Positions 36,606 through 49,390 of a stretch of 64,000 nt of DNA are shown here, piece by piece. Source of the stretch: Leucoraja erinacea (Eukaryota); NCBI RefSeq assembly GCF_028641065.1, contig NC_073400.1, positions 7,564,001-7,628,000 of the forward strand. The letters run 5' to 3'. The notes below the pieces were generated by a model, which was not told the DNA's origin, made no database searches, and worked only from the letters and a program-made list of their open reading frames with translations. Made by a program: the position numbers and the translations under genes. The first letter of the stretch is position 1. Each line of letters opens with the position of its first letter.

Positions 36606-38661
36606 TTGGTTTGCTTCCATTCTGGTTCTGCAGGTTTTGAGGTCAATGTAAGAGCCAGAGACTCTTCCCCAGATGGGGCAGGAGGTGGCTATGGGAAATA
36701 GTGACTGGGTAGTTTGTGAGGCTCGTGCTAACACAGGACATTCATGTGCTCCCAATGAATGGCCTCAAGATCTCAACGTCATCCCTAATGTTTCTTTTCC
36801 ACTCTGGGCCAGGGATTCTCAGGTATTCTCAAGGAAGCTTTGTGTACAATCTTGAATCTTTTTCACTGTTTCCCTGCTAATTCCTTCCCATAACTATTAT
36901 CCATCCCATTCCCTGCTAATTCATTCCTAACTGTCACTGCATGTCATTTTGTCACTTGCGGGCAGAGCACCAAGGCAAATTCCTTGTATGTGAATAGTTG
37001 GCCAATAAACTTATTCATTCATTCATAACAGAGCATGTATGTTTTGAGATGCCTGCTGTGTATATTCCAGGTCTCAGAAGCATGGGGCAGGGCAGGGGTC
37101 ACTGCAGCCCAGTAGAAAACCTTCATTTCAGATGTGGTCTCGATCTTCAAATACATTTGTCTCAATTAACTAAATCAACTATGAATTGCATACAATCTGA
37201 AAAAGGATTTCAGCCTAAAACGTTGCCTATTTCCTTCTCTCCATAGATGCTGCTGCACCCGCAGCATTTTTGTCTACCACCTATAAATTAACTATGCATG
37301 CGCACACACATATACACACACTGCTCTTTGAAAGTGGTGGTAGATTTCAATGGTTCAATGCTACTTTATTATCACATGTAGCAAGGTACAGTGAAATTTT
37401 TTGCATAGTTAATAAATTATTACTATACCATAAGCACAATCCCAGATCAAAACCACGTATATAGAAATAGCTGACTGACTAAGACCATATACAAGACTCG
37501 CCAGGTTTGGTGCAATTTTCAAAGTCCAAGCTACAGCTGACATTGTCTTGTTACAGCCGTCATCTCCATCCAGATCACCCAGCGAACCATCGGCCCTCTC
37601 CTCGCCAGGCCACCATTCAGCCTTCGAGTCCCAGGGGCGCCGCTTGCAGCCAACCTTGAGGGTGAGGAAGGTAAGAGCCCTGTTCCTTTCACCAGCCCTT
37701 TGTCATGGCCAACTCCCTCCAGCCTCCTCTCTGGTTCTCTGGTGCTCAGCTGCCGGGCTCGGCGGCTTCCCTCTTCAGTCAGGTTTCTCGGTTGTGCAGC
37801 GGACTAGCCAGGCCTCCCACACAGCCCTACCGTCCTTGGTCATCCTTTCATCATCAGGGTCTGCCTTCACTGAGAGACGGCTGCTGAGATGCTGGAAGCG
37901 GTCTATTATCTATCATCTATAGACTGATCTCCCCTCCCCCATTAGGTAACAGGTAGAGAAGTGTGGAAACGCACACCTCCAGATTCAGGGACAGTTTCTT
38001 CCCAGCTGTTATCAGGCAACTGAATCATCCTACCACAACCAGTGAGCAGTGCTGAGCTACTATCTAGCTCTTTCGTGACCCTCAGACTTTCCTTGATTGG
38101 ACTTTGCTGGCTTTACATTGCACTGAAAGTTATTCCCCAATCATGTATCTGTACACTGTAATTGGCTCGAGTGTATCGTCTTTCTGCTGACTGGATAGCA
38201 CGCAACAATTTCACGGTACCGTGATGCACGTGGCAATAAACTAAACTACAGTGGCCAATAACTGGGGACTCACCAATTAGGGCAGTATTGCTGGTGTAAT
38301 GTTTAGCACATCCCTGCTAGCCTAACATTTCCATGAACAACCTGGACAAGCCATCTCAAGTTCAATCCCTGGCAGCTGGGCATTGCAATTGGTTCCAACA
38401 ATCAAGTACGAAACTCTTTGAGCAAGTAAATGGACTTCCTATAGGTATACGCATGTAACCCACCAATGGACAAATGAGTAACTGAAGTAACTTATTAATC
38501 TACAGATTGGCCACATTGTGCTACAAGACAGTTCTGGACTTTGGCAACCAGTCCCCCCAAACTGCAGAGTGCCTTATTTATAAATGTAAGTATCATTTAT
38601 GTTTTTGTGTGCTCTCTGAGACTGTGTGCCTGCGATGCTGCTACAAGCAAGATTGTCATTG

Positions 38662-38857
38662 TTAGACACAAAATGGTGGAGTAATTCAGCGGGACAGGCA
38701 GCATCTCTGGAGAAAATGGATAGATGGTCTGAAGAAGGGTCCCAACCTGAAATGTCACCCATGCATTTTCTCCAGAGATGCTGCCTGACCCGCTGAGTTA
38801 CTCCATCGTCTTCTGTCTATCTTTGGTATAAACCAGCATCTGCAATTCCTTTTTATT
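38662..38857 (+). mobile_element. Penelope-derived hairpin insertion
   Basis: Inverted arms; degenerate 13-bp TSD aagattgtcattg / aaggttttcattg. Confidence 0.75.
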
Positions 38858-39574
38858 AAGGTTTTCATTGAACCTGCACCTCACTGTACTTGTGCGAATG
38901 GCAATCAAATCAACTTGCCTTGACTCCTAATGACACCTTATTCTCTTATTTCTGCTGAAACAATTGACAGATGCAAATAAAATGTGTTTATTTATTGTAT
39001 GGAATTGGACTAAATCTAACAATTTTCCTACATCCACTGCATGACTATTCATCTTGGTTATGTTTACAAACGAGTTTTAACTTTCAGCACTGCCAGTTCT
39101 CTGCATTTTTGGGATACCTGCATCAATACTGTGGCATTTGCTTATGGCTGCAGACAAGATGTTCCCTGCTTTCATTCCACACACCCTTCTTCTGACCTTC
39201 TGCAAAGTCTGAGTGTGGTGAATCACCCTGTTGCCGGGTATCAGATCCTACAAGTTGTCCATACGCAACACTGTTTGGCTCGGGGATCAGTAGAATCGAA
39301 TGGATTCTCTTTTTACATCGAAATGGAGAACAGCAGGGATGCACTATGTTAACTATTTACAATCAATCTCCCCTCCTATAAATACCCATTTCCACTGTCA
39401 CTTCCACATTTCCTTTCAGCTGGTTGCTAGACACCGGCATATATCATGCTTTTATTGCCCTACAGTTGCTCTGTGTCTAAGAATTTTCACGCGACAGCTG
39501 AGAATGAAGCAGCAGGATTCTCACTGGGTGTAAGCTACAGGGAAAGCCACATTTGCCACAGGAGCACCATATCA

Positions 39575-39877
39575 GGGTGGCGCAGCAGTAGAGTTGCTGC
39601 CTTACAGCGTCAGAGACCGGGGTTCCATCCTGACTATGAGTTCTGTGTGTATGGAGTTTGTACGTTCTCCCCGTGACCCGCATGGGTTTTCTCCGAATGT
39701 TCCAGTTTCCTCCCGCACTCCAAAGACAAATAGGTTTGTAGGCTAATTGACTTGGTAACATTGTAAACTGTCCCTCATGTGAGTAGGATAGTATTAATGT
39801 GCGCGGATCGCAATTTGGCACGGACTCGTTGGGCCGAAGGGCCTGTTTCCGCGCAGTATAAATGAAACTAAACTAAA
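39575..39877 (+). mobile_element. V-SINE (HE1-like)
   Basis: Same head, V-domain and tail as 36301-36605, ending in an aaact tail. Confidence 0.85.
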
Positions 39878-40249
39878 TGGATCTGGCTGGAAATCTGACG
39901 ACAATTGCAAAAATAAACTGGAAACATTGACCAGATTCTCTGTGGAAAGCAGAAATCAATCAATGCTGGGGACCTTTAGGCCTGGACTAGGAGAAAGTAA
40001 AGGAAGAGGGAACTGGGAGTATGGGGCACCAAACTGGGGTTGAACCCAAGATCTGAACAGTTTAGGAATGTGTAGGAAGGAACTGCAGATGCTGGTTTAA
40101 ACTGAAGAAAGACACAAAAAGCTGGAGTAACTCAGCGGGACAGGCAATGGCATCTCTGATGAAAAGGAATGGGTGTCGTTTCGGGTCGAGACCCTTCTTC
40201 GGACTGAACTGTTTGCTGTTTTTTCTGAGTGGTTTGCAGTGCCTGTCAC

Positions 40250-41040
40250 TTACCACCATGGATCTCACCTTCCTTTTCTGCATCTTGGCTTCAATATATC
40301 TGAATCAATATCAGTCCGTCCAAACTTGCAACAAGTAATACACAAACTCTTGCAATCAAACACGGCACCAGTCATCACTACAAATCCCTGCACTTTTCAA
40401 GAAACATTTCCACACTTCCTACTTCAGATGGTATATTCTTCCTTTAGACTCCCTCTGCCGGACTGCTTTCCAATTTCAGGGCATGAATGGTCTTTCAAAG
40501 GCAGACCATCCATACTTTTTCTTCACCTTTTCTCGCCGGTATCTCGGTCAAGTGGGGACCACCCTATGCAGTTACCTTCTTGTGGGGCTTGCACACATGT
40601 GCAATATGCCCTGTTCGGTGATAACTAAAACAGAGGGACATTCTGAGTAGACGTTCAGGCCGCATGGCGTCTGCTGTGACTATAGCAAGGTCCGCCACTG
40701 TTGTACCCACGTGACTTGCAGACGTCCCATCTCTGGAGACCAAAATCACTTGTAGCATCTCTAGGAAGCATCTGCAAAGGAGATTGTGCTGCCATTTGCC
40801 AACACAAGACTTGCTCCCAGCCTGCACCTCATGCTTGTGTCCAGAGCAAAACGCTTTCACATTCTTCAAAAGAGTTTCCATGCCGTGGCTATTATGCTCA
40901 CCCCCTCCGATATGCCAAGCAGCTTGTCTTGCCAGCCTGCAAACCAAACAATCCCAGTCCACGAGGGTCAGAAAGCTACTGCTTCCAGCCACTGTCTTTA
41001 AACATTTGTTTTGGTGCCTGGCTGCAAATAGAGTGATGTA
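40250..41040 (-). pseudogene. Ancient Ty3/Gypsy (K02A2.6/Mag-like) gag-protease relic
   Basis: In order on the minus strand: DCLVC (cf. LRDRLVCG), HGMETLLKNVK (cf. AxxMETAxKN), CYSHSRRH, CFSYHRTGHIAHVCK (CCHC knuckle with one C to Y), then FVVMTGAV (cf. VDTGA). Confidence 0.5.
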
Positions 41041-41989
41041 GCAGAGAAAGAGGCCTTTCTGCCCATCTTGCCTATGCTGACCTACATCAAATAAGTGACT
41101 GTGAACATCTCTGAAAGTGCCAGATCAAATAATCCTACAACACATAAGCATCTCCATCACTGGTTCTGGCCTTTATAAACTCAATAGCATCTAATTTGTC
41201 TCGATCTTACTACTACAGTAATAGTAGTATCAGTATTTTCATTTTGGATGCGATAGTTCTGCTTTGTTCACTGTCCTCTGTGAATGATATGTGCAGAGGG
41301 AATGGAGTAACTCCATGAGTCTTTTCCAGCTCACCAACATTCCTGACGTATCCCCATCAAAGTAGATGATCTCTTTTCCCCTTGAACTTGATTACTATCT
41401 TCGTGTCATTCGATCATTTAGTATCGCACGCCAATTTGACCTCCCACATCCATGCCAAACCTCTTTGCCAATCTACACTAATCCCATTTGTCTGTATTAG
41501 GACCATCACCTTCCATACTTTATCTATTTAAGTGTCTGTCTAAATGCCTCTTAAACATATTGACTGTATCTGATTCCACCACCTGCTCTGGCAGTGAGTT
41601 CCGCATATCAAACACCGTGTAAAAAAAACCTTTACCCCCTAAGACCACCTTTAAATCCCCTGCCACTCACTTTAAACCTATGCCCTCTTGTTTTAGATGG
41701 CCCAGCCATAAGAAATATATTTTAACTATCCACCCTATTTATACCTCTCAGAATCTGATATACATCAACAGGTCATCACCTTAGGTCATCACCTTATTAA
41801 TTCCTCAAAGCAACATCCCAAACTCACCACTAGAGTAAGATTTACTGTCTTACTATCAGTAAAACAAGTAACAAGGATAGAGATTCCTACTGATCATCTA
41901 CTGAAAGAGCAGTGACTGATGCAACAATATTTCCCCAATATAACTTGACAAAGAAAATGTCCTTTCCACAGCACTACAACATTGACAGT

Positions 41990-43260
41990 ACTGGGAACCT
42001 TTCATTGCTACAGGGTTGGGTTTTAACTAGATTGGCGGAGGTAAGGGGATGTGGGGGGTCGATTTCAATGCAGGTGAGAGGCTGGAAGGTGATGAAAGAA
42101 TGGCCAGTGGACAGAATAGACGGGAGCATGGCATGGAGCAAGATAGGATTGTCAGATTTGATTGCATTTATTTTAATGCAAGAAGCCTGATGGGTAAAGC
42201 AGATGAACTCAGGGCATGGATAGGTACGTGCGACTCAGACAGTGTGGATGTTATGGACACTTGGCTAAGAAAGGGACAGGACTGGCAGCTTCATCTTTCA
42301 GGGTACAGGTGCTACAGGAGAGATAGACCTGGGGGTAAGAGAGGTGAAGAGAAGAGGTGTAGGAAGGAACTGCAGATGCTGATTTACACCGAAGAAAGAC
42401 ACAAAATGCTGGAGTAATTCGGCGGGACAGGCAGCATTGGATAGAGGGAATGGGTGACGTTTCGTGTCGAGACCTTTCTTCAGACTCAGATTCAGGGGAG
42501 AGGAAAACAAGAGATATGGAAGGCTAGGATGTGAAAACGAGATATCAAAGGGAATAAAGTGGTAAATACATTTTCCTTCAACCTTGTCCCCTTTGATCTG
42601 TCGTTTTCGCACCTTACCCTCCATAGCTTGTTTCCTTCTCCCCTGACTCTCGGTCTGAAGAAGGGTCTCAATCCAAAACGTCACCCATTCCTTCTCTCCA
42701 GAGATGCTGCTTGTCCTGCTGAGCTACCCCAGCATTTTGTGTCTATTTGGGGAGGGGAATGTTGCTTTAAGGGGAATGCCATGGCGGTTGTCCAAAACGA
42801 CATTACTGAAGGTTGTATGGGTGCAGCTGAACTATAAAAGGGGGATGCTCACCTTGTTGGAGTGTACTACAGACCCCCCTAAATAGTAAACAGGAATTAT
42901 AAGAACTAATATGCTAGGAGATTGCAGGCAGCTGCACGACTAATAAGGTTGTCACTGTAGGGGATTTTAACTTTCCCAATATAGACTGGGTTTGTCATAG
43001 TGCCAAGTGCTTAGACGGAGTGGAATTTGTCAAATGTGTTTAGGGAGGTTTCCTCAGGGTATATGTAGAGGGTCCTACAAAGGGGAGGGCAAGCTTGATC
43101 TGCTCTCATGACATTGGGATCAGTAACCACTGTTTATCAGCTTTAAAATAGTTATGGATAAAGGCATGGTGGGCCCACAAGTTAAAATTCTGACTTGGGG
43201 CATGGCCTACTTTGATGGTATTAGACAGGAGCTTGCTCAGGTTGATTAGAGTAGGTTCAA
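41990..43260 (+). mobile_element. CR1 ORF2 5' part (AP endonuclease), degenerate and interrupted
   Basis: CIYFNARSLMGKADELRAWI...DTWL...GYRCYRRDR; downstream YYRPP and GDFNFPNIDW motifs. Confidence 0.85.
42358..42748 (-). mobile_element. Penelope-derived hairpin insertion inside the CR1 endonuclease region
   Basis: Long inverted arms with the unpaired tail tgtaggaaggaactgcagatgctg on the left; hammerhead-like cores on both strands. Confidence 0.8.
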
Positions 43261-43614
43261 ATCAAAGCCGCAATGAAGCAAAATGTTGCCCATTCACTCC
43301 GTGCAACAGCAAATCAGTCACAGAATTGGATACACTGCATGGAAACACCACCCTCGTGTGATGTATCTCATACACTGCAAGTGGTACCACAGTTTGTGAC
43401 AAACACAAGAAACAGCAGGTGCTGGATTCTTGAGCAAAACTCAAAAGTGCTGGAGTAATTCAGTGGGTCAGGCAGCATCTGCGGAGGGAATATATAAATG
43501 ACGCTTCAGGTCGGGACCCTTCTTTAGTCAGTTCACAACAAATTCCACATTCAATCCACCACAGACCTTGTGCTCAGAGTCAATTGTATTGTGGTTATCC
43601 CAGTCACGACAGGA

Positions 43615-44140
43615 ACACAATACAATACCATTTATTGTCATTTGAAGTTCAATTTGGTTTCTGCAGTTTTACAACAAGAAAAAAACCCAAGACAAACTTC
43701 CATCAGAATGAAGCTCCTCCTCACTGTGATGGAAGGCAAAGTCATTGTCTCTCCCCCGTTTTCCATTCTTCTCCCGATGTTAAAGCCCCCGGCGGGCGAT
43801 GGCAAGTCCTGTGGCCGTTAAGGCCGCACCGGATGACTTAAGGCCTTCCTCTGGGTCTTGATGTTGGAGCCCCCGGCAGGCGATGGCAAGTCTCGCGGCC
43901 TTTAAAACCTCGCCAGGCGATGCAAGGCCCCGCTCCGGGTCGTTTTCAACCCCGCAAGTCGGGCGGGAGAAGTTGCCATTGCGAGAGTTCGAAAAAGCGG
44001 TTTCTCACCAGGGACCCTCGAGCTCCCGATGTCACCGTCCACCGAGCCTGTGGCTGGAGCCTCTGAAGCTCCGGTCGGGTCGCAGCCGCGCGCCACCACA
44101 GCTCTCCTCGCTCCGAAGCCGGCCAACTCCACAATGGTGA
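43615..44140 (-). mobile_element. GC/CpG-rich non-autonomous retroelement-like sequence with an aatgacaataaa-microsatellite tail
   Basis: Tail tacaatacaataccatttattgtcatt at the left end; internal duplication of cccccggc(g/a)ggcgatggcaagtc near 43786 and 43870. Confidence 0.45.
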
Positions 44141-44580
44141 ATCCCATTCCATTCCCAGCTCTCCCACAACTTACTGTCCCCGCCTCTTCCTTTCCTTTTC
44201 CCGCCCCCCCCCCCCAACATCAGTCTGAAGAAGGGTCTCAACCCGAAACGTCGCCTATTCCTTCGCTCCATAGATTATGCCTCACCCGATGATTTTCTCC
44301 ATCTTTGTCTACCAGCAGGATCCCACCACTGGCCACATCTTCCCATCTCCTCCCCTGTCGGCTTTCCACAGAGACCGCTCCCTCCACGACTCTCTGGTCA
44401 ATTCGTCCCTTCCCACCCAAACCACCCCCTCTCCTGGCACTTTCCCTTGCAACTGCAGGAAATGCTACACTTGTTGCTTTACCTCCCCCTTGACTCCATT
44501 CAAGGACCCAAGCAATCTTTCCAGGTGCGGGAGAGGTTCACCTGTAGCTCCTCCAACCTCATCTATTGCATCCGCTGCCC
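44140..44580 (+). mobile_element. Penelope-like element: pLTR with hammerhead motif followed by a linker/GIY-YIG fragment
   Basis: ctgaagaagggtctcaacccgaaacgtc at 44225, then DPTTGHIFPSPPLSAFHRDRSLHDSLV...PGTFPCNCRKCYTC and QVRERFTCSSSNLIYCIRC. Confidence 0.85.
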
Positions 44581-45150
44581 TAATAATAATAATAATAATA
44601 ATAAATACTTTATTGATCCCTTCAGGGAAATTCAGGTCCAGAAGCCCCCAACCAACAAACCCACACATTCAAAATGAACACCGACAGAAAATACATAAAA
44701 TACAATGTGGACAATACCCGAGAGCAATAAATACTAAAAAAAAAAAATAATTAACCATTTTTAAAAAATCCAAAAAGCATCCCCCGTATTATAAAATCTA
44801 ATGGCTGCAGGGGTGAAGGATCTCCTGAACCGCTCCGTTCTACAGGGCAGGGAGAGGAGCCGGTTGTTGTTCCGAGTGCACTTTTGACTCTCCAGAATTA
44901 CATGGAGTGGATGCCCAGAGTTGTCGAGGATGGCCTGCACCTTGCGCCTCATACGCCTCTCAAGCACAGCCATCAGAGTCCACTCTCCCCTCCAGCACTG
45001 AGCAAGCCCGTTTCACCACCTTGTCCAGCTTCCTGTTGTTTTTCGCACTGATGCTGTTGCCCCAGCAGACAACAGCGTAAAAAATGACACTTGCAACCAC
45101 AGTATTGTAAAACGTGTACAGCATATCATTGCACACATCAAAGGATTTGA
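44581..45150 (-). mobile_element. Rex1/Babar-type LINE 3' end with (AAT)n tail
   Basis: ILDNSGHPLH...CRTERFRRSFTPAAIRFYN, upstream FYNTVVASVIFYAVVCWG, and a microsatellite tail at 44581-44603. Confidence 0.85.
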
Positions 45151-45653
45151 GCCTCCCCCCCCCCCCCCCACATCAGTCTGAAGAAGGGTCTCGACCCGAA
45201 ACTTCACCTATTTCCTTCGCTCCATAGATGCTGCCTCACTTGCTGAGTTTCTCCAGGATTTTTGCATACCCATTCACACAAGATCTGTTATCCCACTTTC
45301 CTCACCCACTCCCTACAGATTAGGGGCAATTTTACAGAGACAAGTTAACCTACAAAGCCTACAAATGCGTCTTTGGGATGTGGGAGGAAACCCACACGCT
45401 TGCAGGGAGAATGTGTAAATTCAACACAGACAGTGCCCGAGGACAGGATTGAACACAGATCTCTGGCATGTGAGGCACCAAGTCCACCAGCTGTGCCACT
45501 ATATTTTATTTTCCAACACACAAAAAAATTATACGTTGATAACTTTGGTTACTGATAAAAAAAAGAAACTATCCATTTTCAGTCTTAAATCTCTAAGTGA
45601 TGCTATGTCCCCCTTTACAGCGACTGTATGTTTCAATTCAGTTCAAGACTATG

Positions 45654-46115
45654 GGGCAGTACATTGGCCATAAAGTTGCTGCCTAAAATTGCCAGAGACC
45701 CGGAATTGTTCCTGAATATGGGTGCTGCCTGTATGGAGTTTGCTCCTTTTCCCTTTGATCGCATGGGCTTTCTCCGGGTGCTCTTGTTTCCTTCCACATT
45801 CCAAAGGTGTGCAGGGACCTTTTTCAGACCCATAGAAAATAGAAAATAGGTGCAGAATAGGTGCAGAATTTATATTCATATATGAATATACATTGTTTTG
45901 TTTTTTTGTTTATAACATTGTTTACAGAGTACTATGTTTACATATTCTGTTGTGCTGCTGCAAGTAAGGATTTCATTGTTCTAACTGGGATGTGAGAGAA
46001 TAAAACACTCTTGACTTGCGTTGTGGGATAGAGCTAGTGTGCAGGTGATCGGTGGTCGGCATGGACTCGGTGGGCCGAAGGGCCTGTTTCCACTCTGTAT
46101 CTTTAAATTAAACTA
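45654..46115 (+). mobile_element. V-SINE interrupted by other repeat tails (about 45820-46017)
   Basis: Head and V-domain at 45654-45815; tail with gggccgaagggcctgtttcc at 46020-46115. Confidence 0.7.
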
Positions 46116-46699
46116 AAAACACTAAAAACAGAGGAAATCTAAAGAATGGTCTCTACCCAAAACGTCACCCAATTTTTCTATCCAGAGTCGCTGGCTGCTC
46201 CATGGGGTTCCCCCGCACAATTAAAGCATGGAATAGTCTTCACCCTGCCATAGTTACCCAATCAGACGCAATTAAATTTAAGGTAGCTCTTATTTCCCAA
46301 GAACACTTTTTTGCTTATGTCCAAGTCAAGAGTCAAGAGAGTTTTATTGTCATGTGTCCCAGATCGGACAATGAAATTCTTGCTTGCTGCAGCACAACAG
46401 AATATGTAAACATAATACAGAACAGGAGATAAATGTTCAGTGTGTCTATATACCATAGACCATATATATATATACACAATAAATAAACAGATAAAGTGCA
46501 ATAAGCTGTGATTTTTTCAGAGTTTGGAGCTTGGTGGTGGTGAGTCCACTCCTGTTTAAATTCCATTTGGAATATTTTTGGAGGACCAGGAAACCAAGAA
46601 ACAAGAGTTACTCCAGCTCCAGGGAGTGATTCTGCGCTGGTTTTCAGCGGTCACGGCGAGAAGATTGAGACACTGTTTTGAATGAGTTTTTGAATGAAA

Positions 46700-46903
46700 C
46701 TACTGTGCCATGCAGTGTTTTATCAGGATACATCACAGCATGGTGTGGGAACAGCTCCATCCAAGACCACAAGAAATGGCAGAGAATTGTGGATGCAGCC
46801 TAGACCATCACACAAATCAACCTCCCTTCCATTGACACCTCGCACTACCTGGGCAAGGCCAGCAACATAATCAAGGACGAGTCACACCCTGATCACTCCC
46901 CTC

Positions 46904-46947
<44 letters not shown>

Positions 46948-47020
46948 ATCAGCCAAAACATATAGAAGTGTGAAAAACACACACCTCCAGATTCAGGGAT
47001 AGTTTCTTCCCAACTGTTAA
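46700..47020 (+). mobile_element. Rex1/Babar-type LINE fragment containing a long poly-C run (about 46912-46947)
   Basis: KASNIIKDESHPDH and KTHTSRFRDSFFPTV motifs. Confidence 0.7.
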
Positions 47021-47024
47021 ACAC

Positions 47025-47520
47025 AAATTGCTGGAGTTTAATTCCTCAGCGGGACAGGCAGCATCTCTGGAGAGAAGGAATGGGTGACGTTTTGGGTCAA
47101 GACACTTCTTCAGACTGAGAGTCAGGGGAGAGGGAGTCCAGGGATATGGAAGGGTAAGGTGTGAAAACAACAGATCAAAGTAGACGATAAGGAAATATAG
47201 AATGGCTTATTGTTAGCTGAGGGGGAGGTGATAAGGTATACAATGTAAAATTAATCAGAAATACAGTGAAGCTAGACAGAGAACTAGGGTGGGGAGGGAC
47301 GGTGACAGAGGGAAAGCAAGTTAGAGAAATCGATATCATATCGCTGGATTGTAAGATGCCCAAGTGAAATATGAGGTTATGTTCGTCCAATGTGCGTTGG
47401 ACCTCACTCTGACAGTGGAGGAGGCCCAGGACAGAAAGGTCAGTACGGGAGGGGGAGTTAAAGTGTTTAGCAACCTGGAGATCGCATAAGCCTAGGCGGA
47501 CTGAGCTGAGGTGTTCAGTG
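47025..47520 (-). mobile_element. Penelope-like 3' region (GIY-YIG C-terminus plus pLTR)
   Basis: Minus-strand EHNLIFHLGILQSSDMISIS (cf. EQHLIFRLGSLQPxGMNIEF), followed by the hammerhead-bearing repeat. Confidence 0.75.
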
Positions 47521-48899
47521 CTGAATTACTAACTACCTCTTTACTGGGACTGTCTTTGATCGGACTTTACTGGCTTTATCTTGCACAAAACATTCTTCAC
47601 ATTATTCCCTTTATCATGTATCTGTGCACACTATGGATGGATGGATTGTAATCATGTATTGTCTCTCTGCTGACTGGTTAGCGGGAGTTGAGATGGGGTT
47701 GGCTGAAGAATTCCATTGCCTTGAAATGAACAGAATAGTGAAAAGGAAAGGAATTCTTCAGGCAACTGCAGCTCAACTCTCGCCGGGCCAACCGCCAACC
47801 TCGGACCAATGACACCAGCAGCCCCAGGCCCACAGCCAGCATGGAGAAGCTGCTCAACTCCATCCTAACCCCGCTCCCCGACAGGCCGGGAACCACCAGC
47901 GGCCAACCCCTCCAGCGCCAACGAAAGCCGAGCACCAGCCGACACCTCAGCCATCAATTTCCAGGAAATTGGGATTCTATTTAAGGAAAGAAATGTTGAG
48001 GTGGGGAAGTTCTGGTTCACACCTTCTTCAAAAAATTCACTTGTAGTCATCAGACAAACCAGTTCTTGTCTAACCATTATTTGCTCTCTGATCCATTCAC
48101 AATTAACCAAGTGTTCAGCACCGTTTCTTGTGTCAAAGGATTACGACGTAATTCAACAACATTTGGGCTTTTTTGGGCTGTTTGTGTATGTCAATTATTT
48201 TTCATGAGCACAATAGATTTGTAAGATTAATCAAGGAAAGATAAGTATTCTTCTTAAATGGTTTGTTGTGTCATGTACTGTCCGTGGGATTCTGTTAGAG
48301 TGGAGCTCTGTCTCTTTATAGTCAAAAACATTCTACGCTTTGCAAAACAGGTTTCAGGTTAATTAAATCTCATTATGTATCAGCCAAAGAACATGTCAGG
48401 TTGGAATGTGCTTCTGACATTTAGCCTCCAGGACTTTTAGATTCAGAGAATCAGAATAAATGTATTAGCCACGGATGTATATTGACGTGGTGCTTTGCTC
48501 ACACATGGTAAAAACACAGTGCACATGGTAAAAACGCAATATATATCAGACAATTAAAAATAAAACATTATAATTTAAACATGTGAAGATAAAGTACCAG
48601 AGTAAAAAGAGGCTACAGACTTTTGGCTGTTGAGTAGAGCTACTACACGTGGAAAAAAAAGCTGTTTTTATGTCTGGCTGTGGCACTGCTTCGTCATTCT
48701 CTGTTTCTTTAAGATTATTTTGTATCATAATCAAAAAGTGGCACATGAGGAGCATCATGGAATGGTGCGTGGCATTTGGAATGTGCCAGAGAGGATAGAA
48801 AAGGATAAGTACTGTGTATCTTGTGAGACGTTATTCATATTATGCAAAAAGACACTCCTTGGAGTGACTTGCTTCTCATGTGTCAAGTACTTTTCATGT

Positions 48900-49390
48900 A
48901 GGATCATGGTAGAGCTACTGTAAAGCCACATTAGAGGAAGGATGTGGAAGCTTTGGAAAGGGTGCAGAGGAGGTTTACCAGAATGATGCTTGGTTTAAGA
49001 GGGCATTAGCAACAAGCAGACATTGGACAGACTTGGATTGTTTTGTCTGGAACGCTGGAGATTAAGGGGAGAACTGATAGAAGTATATAAAATGATGACA
49101 GGCATAAATAAGGCAGACAGAACCTTTTTTCCAGGATGGAAATATCAAATGCTAGAGGGCATCGCTTTAAGGTAAGAAGGGCGAGGTTTAAAGGAGATGT
49201 CTGGTTGGGTTGGTGGTGGTGGTAGATACAAGTGACATTTACGAGGGTTTTAGATAGGCACGTGGATATGCAGGGAACGGAGGGATATGGATTATGGTGC
49301 AGCCAGAGAAGAGTTTGTCTCGGCATCATGTTCAGCGCAGACATTTTGGGCTGAAGGACATGTTCTTGTGCTGTAATGTTCTATGTTCTT
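48900..49390 (+). mobile_element. Older CR1 3' fragment
   Basis: RKDVEALERVQRRFTRM and GELIEVYKM motifs plus a CR1-type 3' UTR. Confidence 0.75.

Noticed and set aside
46912-46947. Long poly-C and poly-G runs as functional G-quadruplexes, also at 21567-21596
   Set aside because: Homopolymer expansions occur several times, often inside repeats, and their length is unreliable in assemblies; no independent support.
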